Source of the DNA: Pseudodesulfovibrio piezophilus C1TLV30
GTDB lineage: Bacteria > Desulfobacterota > Desulfovibrionia > Desulfovibrionales > Desulfovibrionaceae
Length of the DNA stretch: 32,000 nucleotides
Direction: 5' to 3'
NCBI RefSeq assembly: GCF_000341895.1
Contig: NC_020409.1
Span: forward strand, 2,850,001 to 2,882,000
Position 1 is the first letter of the stretch; the number at the start of each line of letters is the position of its first letter. Positions 21,966-30,920 of this stretch are shown one piece after another. The notes under the pieces are model-generated. The model did not search any database. It worked only from the letters and a program-made list of their open reading frames with translations, and had not been told where the DNA came from. Position numbers and translations under genes: made by a program.

Positions 21966-22700
21966 ATGCGTTCGTTTTTACAAGAGATTATACTACAGTT
22001 GAAAACCAAATTCTATTATCATGGCATCGAAAAAGCTCATGCTAGAAATGCGATGGAGCATCCTGAAGAATATAATAATATCCGGCGTATTTTACAGGCA
22101 TATCATAAGGGGGGGGGGCTTCAGCATCTTTTTCAAGAATATAAGTTGTATCATTTGAAACAACTGTTGTGGTCTTGCAGACCAAGCTCAATACTGGAAT
22201 TGGGCTCAGGTTCAACTACCCCGGTCTTTGCTGAGTATGTGCGTAGTGCTGGTAAAGAGTGCGTTATGACCTCTGTTGATGAAAGTGAAAAATGGTTAGA
22301 GCATGCAAAAAAAATAGCTTGGGAAAACTCCGCTTTAGAAAGCGCTGCCGAATTTATAGTAGCTCCTTCCATTTGTGAAGATATGCGACAACCTCCCGAA
22401 GTTAAATACGATTTTACTGCTAAGAAAGAATATGATTTTGTTTTTATTGATGGCCCCTCTCTTCTTGTGAATGGAGAAAAAAATAAGACAGCTGTTAATA
22501 CTAACATCTTTGATCTACTCCAAACTCAGTCACCTGCAACGATTGTTGTGGATATACGGGAGAGTACTGTGAATGCTCTTAAGTCGAGACTCTATAATGA
22601 ATATGATGTAATTGTTTCTGACGTTATTTTAAGGAAGGCAAATCGACTTGGGTATGAATACTTCAGTATATTCCGTCTTAAGAGTACCGGAATAAATTAA
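21966..22700 (+). CDS. Class I SAM-dependent methyltransferase-like protein (O-methyltransferase / Methyltransf_24-like)
   Basis: SILELGSGSTTPVFA (motif I), VMTSVDES and YDFVFIDGP. The SD CAGGAG precedes ATG 21966. Confidence 0.6.
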   Translation: MRSFLQEIILQLKTKFYYHGIEKAHARNAMEHPEEYNNIRRILQAYHKGGGLQHLFQEYKLYHLKQLLWSCRPSSILELGSGSTTPVFAEYVRSAGKECVMTSVDESEKWLEHAKKIAWENSALESAAEFIVAPSICEDMRQPPEVKYDFTAKKEYDFVFIDGPSLLVNGEKNKTAVNTNIFDLLQTQSPATIVVDIRESTVNALKSRLYNEYDVIVSDVILRKANRLGYEYFSIFRLKSTGIN

Positions 22701-22909
22701 TTATATTAAGTAAAAGTCCCTCATTTTGATGTTTTCAATCTAAGGGAACTTTATCAAAGGCAGCTTATGTCAAAATTCGTAAATATCTTTCATTGTATAT
22801 GAAAGAGGCTTTTCTAGATTGGATTCATAAGATTGTTTAAGAAAAGTACAATCTATGTGTTTTATGACTCACATATTTTGCAAAGAGCCTTGCTTGTTGG
22901 GAGTGCCAG

Positions 22910-23635
22910 ATGGAAATATTAGGTTTATTAACTGCCCGGGGGGGGTCAAAAGGAATTCCTGGGAAAAACTATAAAGAAATAGCAGGTAAACCTTTAATAA
23001 CTTGGACTGCAAAAGAAGCGTTGAAGAGTTCATTACTTGGTCGAGTAGTTCTTAGTACTGACGATTTAAAAATCGCTGATATTGCTCGATCTTCCGGAGT
23101 TGAAGTCCCTTTTATGCGTCCAAAATATTTGGCTGAAGACGATTCTCCTCATATCGACTGTGTGCTGCACGCATTGGAGTGGCTTAAATTAGAGGAAAAT
23201 TATGTCCCCGATCTTGTCTGTTTGTTACAACCAACATCACCATTACGCTTAGCTTCTGATATAGATGGTGCTTTGGAAATGGCTATAACTTTATTCCATG
23301 AAAAAGGAATTGCATCGGTTGTGTCAGTAACTGATTGTGTTCACCATCCTTTTCTTGTGCGTAAACAAGAGGACGATGGGAGCCTTACCCCGTTCATTGA
23401 ACATAAAATTAGTTATGAGCGGAGACAAGATCTGCCAGTAGCATTGATGCGAAATGGCGCAGTGTATGTTAGCTCAACAAATTCGTTACTTCGGGATAAG
23501 ACATTTTTCCCGGATAAATACTACGGTTATTACATGCCTTATGAAAGGTCTCTAGTCATTGATACCCCCATAGAATTCTCATTTGTCGAGATGCTTTTGC
23601 AAAATCAAAAAGAGAAAATGGAGCGCGTCCCTTAG
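22910..23635 (+). CDS. neuA: N-acylneuraminate (nonulosonate) cytidylyltransferase, NeuA family
   Basis: LLTARGGSKGIPGKNYK, LQPTSPLR, ERRQDLP and NGAVYV, which are hallmark CMP-sialic acid synthetase motifs. 241 aa; no C-terminal esterase domain. Confidence 0.9.
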   Translation: MEILGLLTARGGSKGIPGKNYKEIAGKPLITWTAKEALKSSLLGRVVLSTDDLKIADIARSSGVEVPFMRPKYLAEDDSPHIDCVLHALEWLKLEENYVPDLVCLLQPTSPLRLASDIDGALEMAITLFHEKGIASVVSVTDCVHHPFLVRKQEDDGSLTPFIEHKISYERRQDLPVALMRNGAVYVSSTNSLLRDKTFFPDKYYGYYMPYERSLVIDTPIEFSFVEMLLQNQKEKMERVP

Positions 23636-23739
23636 TCATTCTTTTAGATGGCATGTAGGGGGATACCCTATAGTTGATGAATGACTATAGAAGAATCCTC
23701 ATCTCTAGTTATGCAAATCTTGGTCTATTTGGAGATAAT

Positions 23740-25278
23740 ATGAAATTACTGGGTGTTACTATGGGGGGCTTCCTGCAGGTTTTTGTAGAGTTGCACAAAC
23801 ATATTTCCTCATTTCTACCATTAAATTCCCCTGCTATATTTGTATCAGATGCAAATAATTATAAAAATGCAAAGCAAGAGTTTCCGGAGTTATCTCAATA
23901 TAAGACTTTGACTGAATGGGACTTCATTGAAAGAGGCCGGAAAAATAGTGTTAATGTCGAGATTTTAAAAGAATACCAGCAACGGTTTCCTGTCAGTCTT
24001 TGGAGAACAATTCTTGCTGACCGACGACTGTATTTCGGAAAACATTGTAAGTTTTGCCAAGATTATTCTTCACGTTTCAGTGAGACCGAACTCTTAGGAA
24101 TTCTGTGCGCTGCTGTAAGAGATATTGATGCTTTTGTAGATAACTATAGGCCAGATGCTATAATCGGTTTTAGCTCTGTAACCCTCGCCGATTGTCTTTT
24201 TGAGCTTGTAGCAAAAGAAAAAAATATTCCATATTTCCAACTTAAATCTGCAAAAGTGCAAAATAGGATGATCATAAGTGAAACAGGAATGGGTAATTGT
24301 CCCATTTTTGCCCATCGGTATGAGTCTGGAAAGCCTGCATCCAGTGCATCAACCAAATTAGCAAAGCATATAATTGAAGAAATTCGAGGGCAAGGTCTTC
24401 AATATGAGGGAGTGATAGATTTCAATGTGTCGAGACTTATTGCTCTTTTCCATACTGCTTTTGGAAAACTTATTGATGGTTTTCAGACCGATTTGAAGAG
24501 TTGGCGTGACCCTGTTCTTCGCAAGGATAACCATAGGGAATCGGCTTTGGCCAAAGCTTATTTTACCACTGTCGTACATCCTATACGAATGATCTCTTCC
24601 CAGAAACGAATTCCTTTTTTGAGTGCGCAGCAAGTAAAATCACAAGGTGAATACTTATTTTATCCTATGCACTTTGAGCCTGAGGTGGCTCTTCAAGTCT
24701 TCGGGAGACCATACCAGAATCAAATTGAGGTTGTAAGAAATTTGGCCCTGAGTGTTCCCGTTGGAATGAAAGTTGTTGTCAAAGAGCATCCACGCTCTGT
24801 CGGGTTTCGCAGTTTAGATTATTATAAAAAACTATTGGAAATTCCAAATGTTCGTTTGGTTGATCCGTTTCTTCCTGCCTTTGAGATCGTGAAATATGCA
24901 TCTGTTGTTGCCGTTGTATCAGGGACTATAGGGCTTGAGGCTGCTATATGCGGCAAGCCCGTTGTTGTATTGGGAGAAGTTCCATATCAAGTACTTCCGA
25001 ATTCTATGGTTATTGTTTGTAGGGATCTATTTAACCTTGATTGTGACATTGCTGAACTCATTAAGAATTATAACTACAACGAAGAGGCGGTAGAAAGGCT
25101 TTTGGGGTTGATCGTTGATGATTCCGTGGCAGTAAATTTTTATTCAAAGATATTGGGCAAAACAGAGCGAGTAGCCGAGGCTGGGGATAGCCGAAGTCGG
25201 CACGAAGAATTTTTAGCGCTGGCAGGCTACGTTGCGAGCAAACTTTTCACTTTAAAAAAGTCGCCTACTAAGAGTTAA
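23740..25278 (+). CDS. Capsule_synth family protein (KpsS/KpsC/LipB-like capsular polysaccharide biosynthesis glycosyltransferase)
   Basis: YLFYPMHFEPEVALQVFGRPYQNQIEVVRNLALSVPVGMKVVVKEHPRSVG...NVRLVDP...VVAVVSGTIGLEAAICGKPVVVLG is the typical Capsule_synth core. The start is set at ATG 23740 (GGAG 5 nt upstream); the ORF-track maximum starts at 23674. Confidence 0.7.
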   Translation: MKLLGVTMGGFLQVFVELHKHISSFLPLNSPAIFVSDANNYKNAKQEFPELSQYKTLTEWDFIERGRKNSVNVEILKEYQQRFPVSLWRTILADRRLYFGKHCKFCQDYSSRFSETELLGILCAAVRDIDAFVDNYRPDAIIGFSSVTLADCLFELVAKEKNIPYFQLKSAKVQNRMIISETGMGNCPIFAHRYESGKPASSASTKLAKHIIEEIRGQGLQYEGVIDFNVSRLIALFHTAFGKLIDGFQTDLKSWRDPVLRKDNHRESALAKAYFTTVVHPIRMISSQKRIPFLSAQQVKSQGEYLFYPMHFEPEVALQVFGRPYQNQIEVVRNLALSVPVGMKVVVKEHPRSVGFRSLDYYKKLLEIPNVRLVDPFLPAFEIVKYASVVAVVSGTIGLEAAICGKPVVVLGEVPYQVLPNSMVIVCRDLFNLDCDIAELIKNYNYNEEAVERLLGLIVDDSVAVNFYSKILGKTERVAEAGDSRSRHEEFLALAGYVASKLFTLKKSPTKS

Positions 25279-25284
25279 AGTAAA

Positions 25285-26445
25285 GTGAAAATAGTCTATA
25301 TCAGTTCGTCATTTTTGCCCTCTTCTACAGCAAATAGTGTCCATGTTATGCGGATGTGTGATGCTTTTGTGAGTAATGGGCATGAAGTTTTATTGTTGGC
25401 GAGAAAACCGTCCAAGGCAGATGAGGTCGCTTGTTCTGATATTTATGAATTTTATGGTGTTAAGTCTAGATTTCCGATTGAATTCTATTGGTACAACGAG
25501 AGTCGGCAGAGTAGATGTCGCCACTTGGGTGGAACTGTTGCGTCTGCGGCGAGCATTGCTTTTAAGCTTTTTCGCTCCAGGCCTGATCTAGTCTTTGGCC
25601 GTGATCCGTATGGTTGCCATGTGGCAGCGACTTTAGGATATCCTGTTATTTATGAGACTCATTGGGTTCTTCATTCTGATTCGATCATTGATCGATATAT
25701 TATGAATCGTTTGGCTAACCACAAGAATATTAAACGTTTTGTTGTGATTTCTGAAGCTCTCGCTACACAGGTTGTCAAGGGAGATCATCCCGTGAGCAGG
25801 GAGAAACTGTTAGTGGCCCCCGATGGCGCGGATATAGTCCAAGATGATCGATTGCCGGAGTTTTGGCCAGGACGTCGATCAGCTTTGCAGGTTGGATATG
25901 TGGGGGGGCTCTATCGGGGGCGTGGGATTTCAATGATGCTGGAAATGGCTCGGCGATTACCTGATTACGATTTTCATTTCGTGGGTGGTTCCCAGGATGA
26001 CATTGCCAAGCATACTGTTCGGGGCATGAAAAATGTTTTTTTTCATGGGTATGTCGCGCCTGGGGAAGTGTATTCTTATCGTAATAAATGCGACATATTG
26101 TTGGCTCCATATCAGAAAAAAGTCTCAGTTGCTGGTGGCTTAGGAGATACTAGTGGAGTTATGTCACCCCTTAAAGTCTTTGAGTATATGTCAAGCGGTC
26201 GGGCTATGCTTGTCTCAGATATGCCTGTCTTGCATGAGGTGCTCACTTCAGGAGTCAATTGCCTTATGGCTTCTCCTGATTCGTTAGATGCATGGGTTGA
26301 GGCTTTAGAACAATTACGTGATCCTATACTTCGTGCTAATTTGGCTTCTGCCGCCAAAAAAGAATTTCTTGCTAAATATACATGGCAAAAACGGGCAGAA
26401 ACAGTTGTTTCGGCTTGTCCTGATACTGTATTGTTGGGCAGTTAA
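25285..26445 (+). CDS. GT4-family (GT-B) glycosyltransferase
   Basis: GTG start giving VKIVYISSSFLPSSTANSVHV.... C-terminal SPLKVFEYMSSGRAMLVSD is an EX7E-like motif. Confidence 0.8.
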   Translation: MKIVYISSSFLPSSTANSVHVMRMCDAFVSNGHEVLLLARKPSKADEVACSDIYEFYGVKSRFPIEFYWYNESRQSRCRHLGGTVASAASIAFKLFRSRPDLVFGRDPYGCHVAATLGYPVIYETHWVLHSDSIIDRYIMNRLANHKNIKRFVVISEALATQVVKGDHPVSREKLLVAPDGADIVQDDRLPEFWPGRRSALQVGYVGGLYRGRGISMMLEMARRLPDYDFHFVGGSQDDIAKHTVRGMKNVFFHGYVAPGEVYSYRNKCDILLAPYQKKVSVAGGLGDTSGVMSPLKVFEYMSSGRAMLVSDMPVLHEVLTSGVNCLMASPDSLDAWVEALEQLRDPILRANLASAAKKEFLAKYTWQKRAETVVSACPDTVLLGS

Positions 26446-26703
26446 ATAGACTCCCCATTCGTCTCAGCAAGTATTTGTTTTGATAGGCTTCTAAGTGTCC
26501 AAGAATTAGGAAGTTTAAGGAACCTCTCTCTCCTGGATTGAACAGGTGTGTTTTAATTCTGAGTGACTGTTTGGTCTCATTTTGTATATTTTGCTAATGT
26601 AGTCTAAATACTCTCATTCATACCTTGAGTAGTGGTATGGTTTACATGTACGAAATTTGCCGTCTCCCCTTGGGAAATATTGATATGTTTATGACCGAAT
26701 ATT

Positions 26704-26732
26704 TTGTCCCACAGTCTCAACTGCGATATAAT
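26704..26732 (+). promoter_or_regulatory. Candidate sigma70-type promoter in the 370-bp AT-rich gap
   Basis: TTGTCC (26704-26709), a 17-nt spacer, then a perfect TATAAT (26727-26732), about 90 nt upstream of the next gene. Confidence 0.4.
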
Positions 26733-26823
26733 ATTAACTAAAAATATTATTATATGGTAGAGGTGTAATGATTTTTAGTGGATGTATTATGGCTTCTCAT
26801 AGAATGCAGTAAGGATGGGTGGC

Positions 26824-27918
26824 ATGCATATCGTTTTGATTATAGGATCTCTTCAAGGTGGTGGGGCAGAACGAGTGGCGTGTACGTTAGCTAATGCTTG
26901 GTCAGCCGAAGGGAATAAAGTTACTATTTTGACGTTTGAGGCTTATGGTGCCTTGTCTGCATATCCCCTTTCTCATTTAATTGAAGTTAAACGTCTTAAT
27001 TTACTCAATCCTGTTAAGAATAAAATAGGTGCTTTTAAGCGATTTTTAGACAGTGTTCTGATTATTCGAGCTAATATACGTGACCTACAACCGACTGTCG
27101 TTGTGTCTTTTATTGATGAGGTTAACGTCCGAACTATCATTGCCTGCAAAGGGCTAAATGTGCCTGTTTTTATTTCGGAACGAGTTCACCCTGGGTATTT
27201 TCGGATTAGTTGGTTTTGGAATTTGCTAAGGCGGTTGGTCTATCGTTATGCTGACGCCCTTATTGTGCAGACAAAGTCTATAGAGCTTTGGTGCAAAGAG
27301 CGATTTAGCACAACCACATATATAATTCCTAATCCTATTACCCCCACGAAGCAAAGGTTGTCGTGCGATTCGCGCGAGAGACGAACAATAGCTGCAGCCG
27401 GAAGACTTATGCATCAAAAGGGGTTTGATCTTCTTATTGACGCATTCGCTCAGTTGGCTTCTTCATTCCTTCTGTGGGATTTGGTTATATATGGCGAAGG
27501 AGAAGAACTCCATACTCTAGAGACTTTAATAAGAGTCAGAGGGTTGGAAGGACGTGTGAGGCTTCTTGGTTGGCAGAGCCAATTGGATGAAGCTCTCGCT
27601 GAGGTCGATATTTTTTGTCTTTCTTCTCGTTTTGAGGGGTTCCCTAATGTTCTGTGTGAGGCAATGAGACTTGGTTTGGCTGTTGTGGCTACAGATTGTC
27701 CAAGCGGTCCCGCTGATATTATAACCAATGGGAAAGATGGTATATTAGTTGAGGTTGGGAGCGATACTGAACTGGCTCAGGGGCTACGTCAGGTCATGGA
27801 AAATGAGTCATTGAGGTGTGCGCTTGGGAGTAATGCCAAAATGATAGGGCAAAGATATAGTACCGAAAAAATATTGATTTTGTGGAAAGAATGTTTTGAT
27901 AATACTTTGAGGGTCTAG
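26824..27918 (+). CDS. GT4-family glycosyltransferase
   Basis: MHIVLIIGSLQGGGAERVA... and SSRFEGFPNVLCEAMRLGLAVVATDCPSGPADII (EX7E). ATG 26824 lies 9 nt after AAGGA. The ORF-track maximum starts at 26815. Confidence 0.85.
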   Translation: MHIVLIIGSLQGGGAERVACTLANAWSAEGNKVTILTFEAYGALSAYPLSHLIEVKRLNLLNPVKNKIGAFKRFLDSVLIIRANIRDLQPTVVVSFIDEVNVRTIIACKGLNVPVFISERVHPGYFRISWFWNLLRRLVYRYADALIVQTKSIELWCKERFSTTTYIIPNPITPTKQRLSCDSRERRTIAAAGRLMHQKGFDLLIDAFAQLASSFLLWDLVIYGEGEELHTLETLIRVRGLEGRVRLLGWQSQLDEALAEVDIFCLSSRFEGFPNVLCEAMRLGLAVVATDCPSGPADIITNGKDGILVEVGSDTELAQGLRQVMENESLRCALGSNAKMIGQRYSTEKILILWKECFDNTLRV

Positions 27919-28158
27919 CCTTTCAATATGAAAGAGACTTACGAGGGGCTTTTTTTACTAAGTTATTAGAGAACTTAAAAATGGTATTTTACAGATTGGA
28001 TAAAATATATAGCAAGCCATCAGTTAAATACTATACCTGAAAATCCTTTTAGAGATGCTCTACCGCTTATGAAGGTTACATTCTTAAATTGAATGTTTAT
28101 AAAATTTCAAATAGTTGCGTTGCAAAAAATAGGTCTTAGAATACAGGAGTTGAGTATT

Positions 28159-30030
28159 ATGTGTGGGGTCGTTGGAATTTACTCCCCTGGATTGTTACCT
28201 GATAGGGAGATACTTCGATCCATGATCGACGCAATGGTCCATCGGGGACCAGATGATTCAGGGCTATGGCTTAATGAGGAGGAATGTGTCGCTTTTGGGC
28301 ATCGTCGGCTTTCCATCTTAGATGTTTCATCGTTTGGTCATCAACCTATGGAATCCTTATGTGGACGCTATATTATTTCCTACAACGGAGAGATCTATAA
28401 TCACTTAGAACTTCGTTCTGAGTTGTCTGATTATCCTTTTAAATCAATGTCAGATACGGAAACCATTCTAGCAGCCGTTAGTGCATGGGGGCTGGAGCCT
28501 GCATTAAGGCGTTTTGTAGGCATGTTCGCCTTTGCTCTCTGGGATCGTCGAGAGAGGCAACTTTTTCTCATACGTGACCGTATGGGCATCAAACCAATCT
28601 ACTACAGCAAACTTGGGAGCGGTTGGCTATTTGGCTCGGAACTCAAATCATTAAAGGCGCACCCTCATTTCAGGCCAGCTCTTAATAGAGAAGCATTAAA
28701 CTTGTATTTTAGGCATAATTATATTCCTGCGCCATTTTCTGTTTATATGGACACTTGGAAACTTGAGCCTGGTTCTATGGCTATTATCAACAGTTCAGGT
28801 TTAAAGTTGCGGCAATGGTGGGATACAGATAGCGTGTGGCGCGCAGGTCAGAGAAGTCAATTTTCCGGAAGTGATGATGAGGCCGTGAACAGTCTTGAGA
28901 GTGTTCTACTAAAGGCTATTTCAGCGCGCATGTTAAGTGATGTCCCTCTCGGGGCTTTCCTTTCGGGAGGTATAGATTCATCAACTGTTGTGGCGCTGAT
29001 GCAAACAATTTCATCGAAGCCTGTCCGCACTTATTCCATTGGATTTCGTGAGGATAAATATAATGAAGCAACTTATGCAAAAGCCGTTGCAACTCATTTG
29101 GCCACAGACCATACTGAATTCTATGTTAGCCCTCGTGATATGCTGGATGTGTTGCCGGCCATGGCTCAATATTGGGATGAACCATTTGCCGATTCATCTC
29201 AGGTGCCTACGTACTTACTGAGTCGTCTGGCAAGTGAACATGTAACGGTCTCTCTTTCCGGCGATGGGGGAGATGAACTCTTCTCTGGGTATGAGCGTTA
29301 TTTTTGGGCAACAAGGATGTGGAATAATGTGCAGCGTCTTCCGGCTTCAGTACGGAGCTTTCTTGGAGGGGCTAATAAAGTTATTCCTGATGCTCTCCTC
29401 GATTTGCTGGGGGCAAATGGTTTTAAGATTCGTTGGAGACTCGATGCCATTGCGATGAAGGATTTTTCTTCATTTTATAAGTATTTTACTTCAGTTTTTA
29501 AAAAAAATGAGATTGTGCTTGGTGTAGAAGAGCCAGAATCTTGTTTAAGTAACTTGCCGCCCACAGGGAACTTGTGGGGTTGGATGGAGCTCTATGATTT
29601 GTTGGCTTACCTCCCTGATGATATTTTGACGAAAGTTGACCGAGCCTCAATGGCTGCCTCTCTTGAGGCTCGAGTTCCTTTGCTTGACCATCGGGTAGTA
29701 GAATTTGCAGCGAGTCTGCCGATGAGCATGAAGGTTAGAGATGGGAAAGGCAAGTGGCTCCTTCGGCAAGTTTTGCATCGGTATGTTCCTCAGACCATCG
29801 TGGAGCGTCCGAAGATGGGCTTTGGCATTCCAATGCAGGAGTGGTTGCAAACTCAGTTAAAGAAGTGGTGTTGTGACATGTTGGACAGTTCACGTATTAA
29901 GCAACAAGGATATCTGGATGCTTCGCGTGTCGAACTGATGTTGAATCGGTTTATGAGAGGAGAAATACTGTGGGGGCAACACCTATGGAGTATACTGATG
30001 TTTCAGTCTTGGCTTGAGGAGTGGGAATAG
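28159..30030 (+). CDS. Asparagine synthase (glutamine-hydrolysing) family amidotransferase, AsnB-like, glycan-locus paralogue
   Basis: MCGVVGIY (Ntn Cys2), HRGPDD, SYNGEIYN, and the PP-loop FLSGGIDSSTVVALM. CAGGAG lies 9 nt before ATG 28159. Confidence 0.88.
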   Translation: MCGVVGIYSPGLLPDREILRSMIDAMVHRGPDDSGLWLNEEECVAFGHRRLSILDVSSFGHQPMESLCGRYIISYNGEIYNHLELRSELSDYPFKSMSDTETILAAVSAWGLEPALRRFVGMFAFALWDRRERQLFLIRDRMGIKPIYYSKLGSGWLFGSELKSLKAHPHFRPALNREALNLYFRHNYIPAPFSVYMDTWKLEPGSMAIINSSGLKLRQWWDTDSVWRAGQRSQFSGSDDEAVNSLESVLLKAISARMLSDVPLGAFLSGGIDSSTVVALMQTISSKPVRTYSIGFREDKYNEATYAKAVATHLATDHTEFYVSPRDMLDVLPAMAQYWDEPFADSSQVPTYLLSRLASEHVTVSLSGDGGDELFSGYERYFWATRMWNNVQRLPASVRSFLGGANKVIPDALLDLLGANGFKIRWRLDAIAMKDFSSFYKYFTSVFKKNEIVLGVEEPESCLSNLPPTGNLWGWMELYDLLAYLPDDILTKVDRASMAASLEARVPLLDHRVVEFAASLPMSMKVRDGKGKWLLRQVLHRYVPQTIVERPKMGFGIPMQEWLQTQLKKWCCDMLDSSRIKQQGYLDASRVELMLNRFMRGEILWGQHLWSILMFQSWLEEWE

Positions 30031-30911
30031 TGCTTTGGAGTGGCTTGAAGAGTTTTTTTCGTCGTTATTGTCTTTGTTTTGACAGTATCAGGTTACTTGA
30101 TTGGATGCATCGAAAGAACATTCAATTGTTTTTTTTCTTTTTCATGCGCTATCGGGTTTCTCCTTTGATTCTTGAAGATGTGTATAAGCATGGTTTCGAT
30201 GATGAAGAGATGGGAAGACTCTTTGCTCTGGGAACATCCTCTCTAAAAATTGGAAAAATATTTAAGACAACAGGCTTGATGCGCACTCGCATGGCTGATG
30301 GCATGCTTTTAAAGAGAGCAGAAGAAAAGAAAAAACCATCACTAATGGAAATTGGTGTTTCTGACGGTAGTTCCTCTCTCGGACTTTTCGATCATTTTGA
30401 GATGTTTGAGCGTATTGTTCTCACTGATCGATTTAGTCGATTCTATGTGCGGAAACATTTTTTCTGGAAGCTCATTTTGGACGCTGAAAAAAGAATGTAT
30501 GGCTTAAAAATTCTGTGTTTTTTTATATTCTTATCTCCTAAGAAAGTAAAAGATAGTACCGAGTGTGTCCCCATTGAAGTTATCAATCCTATTCTTCGGA
30601 AGAAGTACGGTATACAGGCCATAACTCGTTTCGATATGTTTGAGGATGTTCTTGATGAACCTGTCGATCTGATCAAGTGTTCAAATATTTTAAATAAGGC
30701 ATACTTTTCTGATAGAGAAATTTGCCTTGCAGTTGCAAAACTTTGCCAAAGTCTCCGCGAGGGAGGCCATATTCTTATTTCCCAGAATAATAAACAATAT
30801 AAAGACGGTGAAGCCGGGTTTATTTTACGAAAAGAAGGCGACGATGTTTACCTTGAAGAAGCCTTTAATAATCATGACTGTTTAAATCTTTTCAAAACTT
30901 ATATTGGATAA
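30021..30911 (+). CDS. Hypothetical protein, possibly a CheR-like SAM methyltransferase fold; start uncertain
   Basis: SLMEIGVSDGSSSL (motif-I-like) and DLIKCSNILNKAYFSDREICLAVAKLCQSLREGGHILIS (CheR-type NVLIYF-like block). The first ~40 codons are T-rich and may be non-coding. Alternative starts are ATG 30105 and ATG 30144. Confidence 0.45.
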   Translation: MGIVLWSGLKSFFRRYCLCFDSIRLLDWMHRKNIQLFFFFFMRYRVSPLILEDVYKHGFDDEEMGRLFALGTSSLKIGKIFKTTGLMRTRMADGMLLKRAEEKKKPSLMEIGVSDGSSSLGLFDHFEMFERIVLTDRFSRFYVRKHFFWKLILDAEKRMYGLKILCFFIFLSPKKVKDSTECVPIEVINPILRKKYGIQAITRFDMFEDVLDEPVDLIKCSNILNKAYFSDREICLAVAKLCQSLREGGHILISQNNKQYKDGEAGFILRKEGDDVYLEEAFNNHDCLNLFKTYIG

Positions 30912-30920
30912 ATTGGTTTC

